Shown here piece by piece: positions 24,469 to 32,000 of a stretch of 32,000 bases of DNA. The stretch's first letter is position 1. Each line of letters starts with the position of its first letter. The translations under genes were made by a program, and so were the position numbers. The DNA is from Fibrobacter succinogenes subsp. succinogenes S85. Its GTDB lineage: Bacteria > Fibrobacterota > Fibrobacteria > Fibrobacterales > Fibrobacteraceae. The notes beneath the pieces were generated by a model. It did not search any database and was not told the origin of the DNA. It saw nothing but the letters and a program-made list of their open reading frames with translations. Where the stretch lies: NCBI RefSeq assembly GCF_000146505.1, contig NC_017448.1:3270001-3302000 (forward strand). The letters are read 5' to 3'.

Positions 24469-26522
24469 TGAACTTCCGTGAAATTTGCAAGACTATTTTT
24501 TTCTGCATTGTCTCTATCAATTTGGGCGTTTCAAGCGACCTTGAAATTCTTGGCTTTCTTGTTGCGACGTTGTTTGTTGTGGTTCACGTCAAACAGTATT
24601 TGCTTTCAAAGTCCGCGACGAACCAGAGAAAAATCCCGCGTTACAGAAAAGTTTTCGCATACGGTGCGATAGTCCCATGCGCGTTGTGGTGGGTGCTCAC
24701 GCCGAGCGTTGAAATGGGCGTCTCGCCGTATTTGGTCTTTATTCCGGCTTGGTACTTACTTTATTTGGCGTGGCTGCAAAAGCGGAGTCTCGGGAATGGC
24801 GGCTACGAAGTCTTTGTCGTGTTTAATGGCGTTGCCGCACTTTTCATGGGGCTATTCCAAGCGCCTCGCGCAAGCGTCATCAGTGCAATTGTGGCGCTAT
24901 TGCTTGCGGTATATGCATTTGGACGTCCGCGTGTTGCTCTTTACAAACGATTGCTTTTCGTGTTGCTTTATGCGAGCTTGTGCGGTTCGTCGTATCTCGG
25001 TTTTAAATATTGGAAAAGCAATCGCTATTACAGTGGCCGCTGGGCCGAAGAATATTACGTCAAGAATCGCGTGATGGGTTTCGATCCCGTGGCGGCATTG
25101 GGCTCCTTCTCCAGTAATTACAATTCCAAGTACAATAGTGAAATCGTCCTCCGAGTTTGGGATACGCTTGCACCCACGTACCTACGTGCTGCCGCCTATG
25201 AAAAGTATGTGGCTGGCATTTGGAAGCTCCCGACGAAGGCTGAAAAGAAACTTTATCCAACGCGTTATCGAGTGGATTATGCAGTCTTTGAATCGGAAGA
25301 TTCCGCGGCGGCAGCGCCAAACGTCAAAGACGTTTGGGTACAAGCGACTCTCAACAATTTCGGCTTTATGTTTGCGCCTGCGAATGTTGTGGGCGTGGCG
25401 AGCAAAAATGCAGACTCGTTGAATTACTATTCAACGAATGTTTTTGCAGATGCAAACGGTACGCGTAGTGATTGGTATTATTACGTGCCTGATTCCGCGG
25501 AAACTCTTGCGATGGCGGCGCATTCATCAGCGGAATCTTCGGCGCATTTATCTGTGGACTCGTCGGCAGCACCATCGGTGGCGTCAGATAGCCTTTCTGA
25601 TTTCATGCAAATCCCGAATAGAGATAAGGCTCTCCTAGATACAATCGCCTCAGCGATGTCTCTTCCGACCGCGCATCTTGACTCCACTCAATTTGCGGTC
25701 CAAACTTTAAAAACAATAGAATCGTATTTTATCCATAATTTTAAGTATTCGTATATCGTTCCCGGTAGAACTCCAAATTCAAAAACCGACCCTTTGAGCA
25801 TTTTCTGGAAAACTAAGGAAGGTTATTGCGAGTACTACGCCACGCTTGCGACACTCCTCTTGCGTCATCAGGGAATCCCTGCGCGTTACGTGACCGGCTT
25901 TGCTCGCCCTGAACACGTTCCTGGTCGTCCTTATTCTATATTCCGCCGCCGTCATAGCCATGCTTGGGTAGAAGTCTACATTGACCGTAAGTGGTTCATT
26001 TTTGACCCGACACCCCCATTGACCGAAATGACTTTTGCTAAACCCTCTTGGCTTTCAACAAAGCTCGAAGGTGTGAAAGGTCGCTTCTCTTACGTGATGC
26101 ATCTGCTCAAGGACGGTGAATGGCGTCGTGTTGTTGATAGTTGGCAAACCGCTTCGGAACGCCTTGTTTCAAGTTCCGTTCTTTATATAGTCCTTGTGGC
26201 TTTGCTCCTAGTTTTTGCGTTGCTCAAGTTCCGTGGGCATCGTCGTCAGTTAAACCAACAAAAGGTCTCTAAAAATGCGGCCCAATGGATTGCGCTCCTA
26301 ACCGATGCTGAAAAACGCCTTGCACGACTTGGCTTCAATCGGGTTCCCGGTGAGACGGTTTCCGCTTTTGCTAAACGTGTAGAACAAGCCTTAGATACCG
26401 CGCGGGCGACTGCTCTGACAACAAAAAAGGCGAGCCCCAAGGACTCGCTCTTTGAACAAAATTTGTCTATCGCCTTAAATCAGCTGCGTGAATACGAACG
26501 CAACCGCTGGCGAGAGAATTAA
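24465..26522 (+). CDS. Polytopic membrane protein with transglutaminase-like cysteine protease core (TgpA-like)
   Basis: ATGA start/stop overlap with the DUF58 gene, with GGAGGTGA upstream. The N-terminus is multi-TM. The transglutaminase triad context is EGYCEYYATL...GIPARYVTGF...HSHAWVEVYIDRKWFIFDPT. A C-terminal TM helix follows. Confidence 0.88.
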   Translation: MMNFREICKTIFFCIVSINLGVSSDLEILGFLVATLFVVVHVKQYLLSKSATNQRKIPRYRKVFAYGAIVPCALWWVLTPSVEMGVSPYLVFIPAWYLLYLAWLQKRSLGNGGYEVFVVFNGVAALFMGLFQAPRASVISAIVALLLAVYAFGRPRVALYKRLLFVLLYASLCGSSYLGFKYWKSNRYYSGRWAEEYYVKNRVMGFDPVAALGSFSSNYNSKYNSEIVLRVWDTLAPTYLRAAAYEKYVAGIWKLPTKAEKKLYPTRYRVDYAVFESEDSAAAAPNVKDVWVQATLNNFGFMFAPANVVGVASKNADSLNYYSTNVFADANGTRSDWYYYVPDSAETLAMAAHSSAESSAHLSVDSSAAPSVASDSLSDFMQIPNRDKALLDTIASAMSLPTAHLDSTQFAVQTLKTIESYFIHNFKYSYIVPGRTPNSKTDPLSIFWKTKEGYCEYYATLATLLLRHQGIPARYVTGFARPEHVPGRPYSIFRRRHSHAWVEVYIDRKWFIFDPTPPLTEMTFAKPSWLSTKLEGVKGRFSYVMHLLKDGEWRRVVDSWQTASERLVSSSVLYIVLVALLLVFALLKFRGHRRQLNQQKVSKNAAQWIALLTDAEKRLARLGFNRVPGETVSAFAKRVEQALDTARATALTTKKASPKDSLFEQNLSIALNQLREYERNRWREN

Positions 26523-27091
26523 TCGGCAGATACGAAATTGTAGACTTCGATTGCCGTCTGTTTTTCAATGGCGTCGGACTGCTTCATTTCCGGTTCCATG
26601 AAGAAAATGGACTGGAACGTTAATTTGACAATTCCGCTTTCGGTTGCTATTGTAACAGGGATGGTTGCATCGCTTGTAGCCATGCAATCGTTGCCGATTC
26701 GTGCATAAAGGTGGAGTGATGTTCCGACAATGTCCCAAATGCCGTAGGTTTTGCCCGTAGCTGTTTTGCAATCAGCTTTGCTCAAGGACGAGTTGGTGAA
26801 TTCAAACGAGTTCGTTTTCTTTTCGGGGTCAACATAGAATTTGAGTGTTGCGGGGCTTGCTGACAAATTGTGGCTTGGGTCAAGAACGTAGGTGATATCG
26901 GTTCCGAATTCGCTAGTAACGGATTTGGCAAGCGTGGGGCCATTGATGCTCCAGGTACCCATAAGGCAGTCTGTGGAAAGTCCAGCTGCGCACTGTTCAG
27001 CCTTGGAGGGCGGGGGTGTTGTCGTTGATTCGCTACAAGCGGTGAACATTGTTGCAGCAATAGCTAGGGAAGCCAAAATCTTGATTGTCAT
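26519..27091 (-). CDS. Lipoprotein (190 aa), lipocalin-like, function unknown
   Basis: ATG 27091 has AAAGAGGAC upstream. The lipobox signal is MTIKILASLAIAATMFTAC, and a GTW motif follows a Thr/Pro linker. The ORF-track start at 27232 adds 47 residues that are not signal-like. Confidence 0.72.
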   Translation of the reverse strand: MTIKILASLAIAATMFTACSESTTTPPPSKAEQCAAGLSTDCLMGTWSINGPTLAKSVTSEFGTDITYVLDPSHNLSASPATLKFYVDPEKKTNSFEFTNSSLSKADCKTATGKTYGIWDIVGTSLHLYARIGNDCMATSDATIPVTIATESGIVKLTFQSIFFMEPEMKQSDAIEKQTAIEVYNFVSAD

Positions 27092-27243
27092 AGAAGTCCT
27101 CTTTTTAATCGGAATATATATAAAAAATTCAATGTTGCAGAATCCTACAACGCGATTTTCCAAAGATTTAACATAAAAGGGATAATCGAAAATATATTTC
27201 AGATAGTTGTTGGGAGGTCGCCAAGGCCTCAAGGAGTGAAAGG

Positions 27244-28473
27244 ATGAAAGTCTCGCGTTTTGTGAGCTTGTTTTTTGGCTTGGGGGTTGCCGTCATGGCT
27301 AATGCTGCTCCAGACCCAAATTTCCACATTTATCTTGCTTTTGGCCAGTCCAATATGGAGGGCCAGGGGGACGTCGGTAGTCAGGATAAGACCGTTGACG
27401 AACGTTTCCAGGTGCTCTGGGCGGCAAATAATGGTTTTTGTTCAGGGAAAACTAAGGGAAAATGGGCTACGGCAGTGCCTCCGTTGGCGCATTGTCAGGG
27501 CGCAAAACTTGGACCTACGGACTATTTTGGCCGCACGATGGTCGAAAAGACGGATTCTAAAATTAAGGTGGGTGTTATCGTCGTGGCAGTTGCCGGGTGC
27601 AGTATCCAACTGTTCGACAAGGATGGCTATGCCAATTATGCTAGGTCCCAGCAGAGCTGGATGACGCAGCGCATTAATGAATATGGTGGAAATCCTTACG
27701 GTCGCTTGATTGAAATGGCTAAGAAGGCTCAAGAAGATGGTGTCATCAAGGGGATCATCTTCCACCAGGGTGAAACGGATGCTGGTGACGGTCAATGGCC
27801 CTCCAAGGTCAAAAAGGTTTACGATAACATTATTAAGGATTTGGGTCTTGGCAATGATGTGCCGTTCCTTGCGGGCGAAGTGTTGCGTAGCGGCTCTAGC
27901 AAGGGCGCTAACAACAATATCGCTAAACTCCCGCAACAGTCAAAAAACTTTTATGTAGTTTCATCCGAAGGATTTAATCAGGCTCTTGGCGATGGGCAGA
28001 ATGTCCACTTTACTTCGCAGGAATATCGTGACTTTGGCAAGCGCTATGCCGAAAAGATGATTGAAGTTCTTGGCGATAAGATCAAGCCTGTCGCCGAATC
28101 GAGCAGTAGCGAAACTCCATCGAGTTCTTCTGTAGAATCAAGCTCGTCTGTTGAGGAAAGTTCGTCGAGTGTTGAATCCTCTAGCTCTACGACGGGTGGA
28201 ATCGTTATACCGAATGCGATTTACTCGGTCAGTGTGGGCAAGGTGCATTTTGAGGGAGACTTTTTGCAGGTTCCGATCTCGTTGGCCCATTCCGGTTTTG
28301 TGAATATCCGCCTTTATTCTGCGCTTGGTACGGAAGTGGCGAGTGTCAATCGCATGCTGAGAGCGGGGTCAAGCGATGTCCTGATTTCTAAGAAGATGGT
28401 TCCTGCGGGCGTCTACATGATGAGCGTGGTGACTTCGTCGTCTCACGTTGTACAACGAGTGAATTTGCGTTGA
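27244..28473 (+). CDS. Secreted carbohydrate esterase, CE6 / sialate-O-acetylesterase (SASA, DUF303) family, with Ser-rich linker and T9SS-type C-terminal domain
   Basis: AAGGAG lies upstream and the signal peptide is MKVSRFVSLFFGLGVAVMANA. The catalytic motif is FGQSNMEGQG, followed by HQGETD and NVHFT segments. The linker is SSSSETPSSSSVESSSSVEESSSSVESSSS. The C-terminal domain ends ...GVYMMSVVTSSSHVVQRVNLR. Confidence 0.82.
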   Translation: MKVSRFVSLFFGLGVAVMANAAPDPNFHIYLAFGQSNMEGQGDVGSQDKTVDERFQVLWAANNGFCSGKTKGKWATAVPPLAHCQGAKLGPTDYFGRTMVEKTDSKIKVGVIVVAVAGCSIQLFDKDGYANYARSQQSWMTQRINEYGGNPYGRLIEMAKKAQEDGVIKGIIFHQGETDAGDGQWPSKVKKVYDNIIKDLGLGNDVPFLAGEVLRSGSSKGANNNIAKLPQQSKNFYVVSSEGFNQALGDGQNVHFTSQEYRDFGKRYAEKMIEVLGDKIKPVAESSSSETPSSSSVESSSSVEESSSSVESSSSTTGGIVIPNAIYSVSVGKVHFEGDFLQVPISLAHSGFVNIRLYSALGTEVASVNRMLRAGSSDVLISKKMVPAGVYMMSVVTSSSHVVQRVNLR

Positions 28474-28490
28474 TACTCTCCTCACGCAAA

Positions 28491-28518
28491 GGGCTCCGTG
28501 TTCGCACGGGGCTCTTTT
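28491..28518. terminator. Bidirectional intrinsic terminator between convergent esterase and trmO genes
   Basis: GGGCTCCGTG-TTCG-CACGGGGCTC forms 10 bp including two G-U pairs. It is followed by TTTT on the + strand and by TTTG on the - strand. Confidence 0.65.
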
Positions 28519-29194
28519 ACTTTATGCTCACGATTTCCAGCTCGTCGCCTGCGACTTTGAACTTGACTTCGAATTCGGCGAAATTGAATCCGTAAACGCG
28601 CTCGGGATCGTTCTGGTAAGCAGGGCGCGGGTCCTGTTCCAAGACTTCAATAAGCGCTGTGCGTTTATCTGCACTCAGCTTTGTTAGTACTTCAGGATTT
28701 TTGACGTGTACTTTGTTCTGCTTCACTGCGTCTGCAAAACCGCCAATCGCTTCGGGGTGCGCGTCCGTGTAGGGGAGGTACGGCTTGATGTCCACAATAG
28801 GGGTGCCGTCCATAAGGTCTGCACCGCTAACGACAATTTCCGGGCCTTCAGGACCGTCAAGGTGGATCCTTTCAATCTTCACGCAAGAAAGTGCTACCGG
28901 ATTCGGACGGAAACTTGAACGCGTGGCAAAAACGCCGAGACGCTTATTCCCGCCGAGTCTCGGCGGGCGCACGGTCGGGCTCCACGTGCTGCGAATATTC
29001 TCCGAGAAAATCCACATAATCCACAAGTGGCTAAAACCCTCAAGACCGCGGAGTGCATCGGCATTGCGGAATTCCGGCTCGAAGCGTATGGTTGAACGCA
29101 AGTTCTGCACAAGCCCGCTCTGTCGCGGGATGCCAAACTTCTCGCGAAAATCGCTCTTGATACGCGCAATGATTTTAAACGTCAGTTCTTGCAT
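28517..29194 (-). CDS. trmO: tRNA (N6-threonylcarbamoyladenosine(37)-N6)-methyltransferase TrmO (TsaA/YaeB family)
   Basis: 225 aa. Motifs are FGIPRQSGL, LEGFSHLWIMWIFS and GVFATRSSFRPNPVALSCVKIERI, characteristic of the TsaA-like domain. Confidence 0.85.
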   Translation of the reverse strand: MQELTFKIIARIKSDFREKFGIPRQSGLVQNLRSTIRFEPEFRNADALRGLEGFSHLWIMWIFSENIRSTWSPTVRPPRLGGNKRLGVFATRSSFRPNPVALSCVKIERIHLDGPEGPEIVVSGADLMDGTPIVDIKPYLPYTDAHPEAIGGFADAVKQNKVHVKNPEVLTKLSADKRTALIEVLEQDPRPAYQNDPERVYGFNFAEFEVKFKVAGDELEIVSIK

Positions 29195-29208
29195 CGCCTA
29201 ACAACATA

Positions 29209-29262
29209 GCAAAAAAGAAAGGCCAGAGTTTGCAAGCGTTCGCTTTGCACTCTAGCCTTTTT
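29209..29262 (-). terminator. Intrinsic terminator of the GH74 gene
   Basis: A long imperfect hairpin runs from GGCCAGAGTTTGCAAGCG (29221-29238) to CGCTTTGCACTCTAGCC (29241-29257). On the minus strand it is followed by TTTCTTTTTT. It starts ~30 nt after the stop at 29289. Confidence 0.6.
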
Positions 29263-29288
29263 AAGTGTGGGTTTGTGATTATTGAAAC

Positions 29289-31853
29289 TTACTTGATGGC
29301 GATGGACTTTTTCAAGAGCAACTTGCCGTTAGTACCGACAACCTTTGCAATGTACTTGCCGGTCGGGAGCTTCTTGAGGCTTACGCTTCTGTTGCCGTTC
29401 ACGTCTGCGGTGAGGAGCGTCTTGCCGTTCAGTGCGATGACTTCGAGCTTGCTTTCGCTCGGGACGTTCACCTGCAAGGTTCTGTTTTGCTGCGTGAGCG
29501 TTACCTTGCCCAAGCTGATCTTAGCGGTGTTGAGTCCGGTCGGGGTCACTTCGACAAATTCAGTGCCTTCCGGAGCGCCCACGATGGTGCCACGACCCAC
29601 GGTGCTCATGTAAACAACGCCGAAGGTGTTCATGTCGCCTTGTACAAAATTTCCGTTACCCGGACCGCCGAACTGGTGCATGTCGTCATTGACGCGTTCA
29701 AAAGTCTTGCACTTGTCGGTGCTGCGGTAAATGCCAATCGGATCGCCAGACTTTGCTGCTCCCCAGATAAAGATGGTCTCGTAGTCGGCTCCTTCCTTAG
29801 CTTTGCCGATACCCACGGCGATTGCGGTTGAAGCGCCTTCACAGCGGTTCCAACTCTTGCCGCCGTCTTCAGTGTAGGCGAGGCCGTATTCCGTGAATCC
29901 CTTGGGCTGCCAGACTTGAGCTTGGTCCATGGGAACCCACAGATGTCCTTCTCTCTTGGGAACGGTGCGGATGAGGCCGCCACCGTTGTAGTATTCGCCA
30001 GCCTGTTCGTTTTGCAAACGGGCTTCAGCTTCTGCAAAAGTCTTGCCGCCGTCAGTAGATCTGTAAAGCGAGCCCATGCCGCCCATGACGTAGAACGTTT
30101 TGGGATCCACCGGGTCTGCGACGATGCGGGAATAGTTTGTCTGCGTTCCGGTTTCAACGGCGGTCCAGCTGGCACCATTGTCGTCGGATCGGTAAACGGT
30201 GGCGCCCTGGTCTGGACGGTGCAACATGATTTTGCCGTCAGCAGAAAGTACCACCAAGCCCTTCGGGCCCTTGAGTGTGGTCTTTACGCTGTCCCATGTC
30301 TTGCCCATGTCATCGCTGCGGTACATCACGTTGAAATTCTGAGAATCGTACTTGCCGTAAACGGTAATCACACCTGTGCGAACCAAGCTTCCGGTGAGCG
30401 GGGCGTAACCCATGCTTTCGGTGGTGCCGATGGTTGGCTTGTGGCGCTGTGCGCTCTGCTTGATGTCTGTATAAACGGCGCCGTCGTAGTCGCCAATAGC
30501 GGTGACCAGCGGGCCTCCCGGAATGCTCACGATGTCGAGCGGCACTGTCTCTTCGATGCCCTTGGACATGAACTTCCAAAGAGGAACCTTTGCGGAGACG
30601 TCTTCGGTCATGAAGATGCTGTTACCGCTAGTGACCCAGGCCTGCTTGTTGTTGAACGGGTTGATTTCAAGAGAACCCGCCCAGTGGATGGCGTTGCCCG
30701 GGATCCAGTCGGTGCCGTTGGCGTCAATGTTCGGAATGTCGTTGTAGTGCTGGCCGTGATTCCAAGTCTTGCCGCCGTCTGTGGTGGCATAGATGCGGTC
30801 GCCGTAGTTTTCCTTTTCGTCTTTGGTCACGTGGCGGCCGGTGTACTTGCCCAATGTCGAAATCACAATGTGGTTCTTGTCCTTGGGGTCAATGGCGACG
30901 CCGCCGTAAGAGCTCTTGTCCTTTTCGTAGCTCTTGGTGGTGCTGCCTTCGTGTTCCACGGAGTCACTCGGGGTAAGGTCGGTCCACGTGCCTCCAGCGA
31001 TATTGTACTTGTAAAAACCACCACTTGCGATGTTATACGGACCGGGGCCGTCAGCAAATGTCACGTACATGTCTCCGTCAACAATCTTTGCACGGTGCGG
31101 CATGAGTCCAGTGGGGACGCCCTTGATGGCTTCCCAAGTAGCGCCGCCGTCATGGCTGACCTGCAAATTATCCTTGGTTTCGGAAATGCCGATGTAGATG
31201 GTCTTGGTGGAACCGTCGGCGTTCTTGCCCTGCGATTCGTCGAACATCACGAAGCTGATGCCGTTCACGCCGTTCAGGCTGGATTCTGTGGCGGTAGAAA
31301 GGGCGACCTTGTAGGCGCTTGTCCAGGTCTTGCCGTAGTCGGTACTCTTGTAAAGTCCCTTGGTGCGGCTACCGCAGAAGATGATGTTTCCCTTGTTGGG
31401 GTCCACGGCGAGCTTTTCGCCGGTCTGGCGGCCCATGCCGTTACCGTGGGCGAGCATTTCCACATAGCTAGTGTCCCAGGTGGCGCCGAAGTCTTCACTG
31501 CGGAGCACGGCCGTGCGGCCCTTGCTGAAATAGCCGGTACCTGCGAGCACGTAAATGCGCTTGGGATCGTTGGGGTCGAGAGCAAAGGCTTCGGTACCGT
31601 AAAGGCCCTTGTCGTTTTCCGAGATGAAGTCCATCAGCGGAATCCAAGTCTTATTTTGAAAATCAAAGCGATAGATACCGCCCACGTCAGTGCGGGCGTA
31701 AAGCAAATTCTCGGCCTTGGGGTGGAACATCACGGCAGAAACGAATCCACCGCCGTCAAAGCGAACGTTGCCCCATTCGTACTTTTCGGCGTTTGCGGTC
31801 GTGGCGAGAGCTGCCAAAGTGGCGATGCCGATCAATGAAATTTTACCAAACAT
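29289..31853 (-). CDS. Secreted GH74-family glycoside hydrolase (xyloglucanase/endoglucanase-like) with T9SS-type C-terminal domain
   Basis: GGAGA lies 5 nt upstream of the ATG. The signal peptide is MFGKISLIGIATLAALATTANA. The GH74-like N-terminus is YEWGNVRFDGGGFVSAVMFHP...LYARTDVGGIYRFD. About nine Asp-box/BNR repeats are present (SEDFGATW, STDYGKTW, SHDGGATW, TTDGGKTW, SDDMGKTW, SDDNGASW, TEDGGKSW...). The C-terminal domain ends ...GKYIAKVVGTNGKLLLKKSIAIK. Confidence 0.85.
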   Translation of the reverse strand: MFGKISLIGIATLAALATTANAEKYEWGNVRFDGGGFVSAVMFHPKAENLLYARTDVGGIYRFDFQNKTWIPLMDFISENDKGLYGTEAFALDPNDPKRIYVLAGTGYFSKGRTAVLRSEDFGATWDTSYVEMLAHGNGMGRQTGEKLAVDPNKGNIIFCGSRTKGLYKSTDYGKTWTSAYKVALSTATESSLNGVNGISFVMFDESQGKNADGSTKTIYIGISETKDNLQVSHDGGATWEAIKGVPTGLMPHRAKIVDGDMYVTFADGPGPYNIASGGFYKYNIAGGTWTDLTPSDSVEHEGSTTKSYEKDKSSYGGVAIDPKDKNHIVISTLGKYTGRHVTKDEKENYGDRIYATTDGGKTWNHGQHYNDIPNIDANGTDWIPGNAIHWAGSLEINPFNNKQAWVTSGNSIFMTEDVSAKVPLWKFMSKGIEETVPLDIVSIPGGPLVTAIGDYDGAVYTDIKQSAQRHKPTIGTTESMGYAPLTGSLVRTGVITVYGKYDSQNFNVMYRSDDMGKTWDSVKTTLKGPKGLVVLSADGKIMLHRPDQGATVYRSDDNGASWTAVETGTQTNYSRIVADPVDPKTFYVMGGMGSLYRSTDGGKTFAEAEARLQNEQAGEYYNGGGLIRTVPKREGHLWVPMDQAQVWQPKGFTEYGLAYTEDGGKSWNRCEGASTAIAVGIGKAKEGADYETIFIWGAAKSGDPIGIYRSTDKCKTFERVNDDMHQFGGPGNGNFVQGDMNTFGVVYMSTVGRGTIVGAPEGTEFVEVTPTGLNTAKISLGKVTLTQQNRTLQVNVPSESKLEVIALNGKTLLTADVNGNRSVSLKKLPTGKYIAKVVGTNGKLLLKKSIAIK

Positions 31854-32000
31854 ATCGTCTCCGTTGAAATTTTGAGAACAATTAAAACCCTTATACTATC
31901 GTTAATATATATTAATATTTGAAAAAGCGGTTGTTATATAAACCTTAATTTGAGAAAATTTTTGAGAACATTTGGGGCGTGCGGGGGATTGTTTTTCAAA

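Noticed and set aside
26519-26522. Convergent overlap of the transglutaminase stop (TAA 26520-26522) and the lipoprotein stop (TAA on the minus strand, 26519-26521), with no intergenic terminator.
   Set aside because: It is real in the sequence, but such TTAA-type tail-to-tail overlaps are common in compact genomes. Nothing else suggests functional antisense regulation.
29916-31838. 640-aa ORF on the plus strand, antisense to the GH74 gene.
   Set aside because: Its composition is a Val/Ala/Gly/His-rich mirror of the opposite strand, with no RBS or motifs. The minus strand has a signal peptide, Asp-box repeats and a GH74 N-terminus.

Overview
The window reads as ordinary chromosomal DNA from a Fibrobacter succinogenes-like organism. 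This is inferred from two genes carrying the 'Fibrobacter succinogenes major paralogous domain' signature (GxQTWMAENLNY ... GGRLYxW ... CPxGWHxP ... FSVRCxK) and from several secreted fibrolytic enzymes.

Layout:
- 1-7.2 kb: conserved rimP-nusA-infB-rbfA-truB-ribF translation operon (+).
- 7.3-8.6 kb: a paralogous-domain lipoprotein and a Nim-like PNPOx-family gene.
- 8.7-12.5 kb: a 1284-aa SWIM/SNF2 helicase (-).
- 12.8-15.1 kb: a secreted protein with two tandem GH10-like modules (-).
- 15.2-17.5 kb: a second paralogous-domain lipoprotein gene, split by a G10 homopolymer.
- 17.5-18.8 kb: a preQ1-I-like riboswitch followed by queF and yhhQ.
- 18.9-19.7 kb: an AT-rich secreted protein (-).
- 19.9-26.5 kb: a co-directional block of lipoprotein, ArnA-type decarboxylase, GT2, MoxR ATPase, DUF58 and membrane transglutaminase.
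- 26.5-31.9 kb: a lipocalin-like lipoprotein, a CE6/SASA esterase, trmO and a GH74 hydrolase.

No rRNA, tRNA, CRISPR array, transposase or integrase was recognised, and I see no convincing new multi-gene system.

Best leads:
1. The poly-G frameshift, a possible phase-variable lipoprotein.
2. The tandem GH10 modules, each missing a different catalytic Glu.
3. The structured heptamer repeat between infB and rbfA.
4. The linkage of ArnA-like/GT2 genes to a MoxR-DUF58-transglutaminase module.

All homology statements come from motif recognition by eye, not from database searches.
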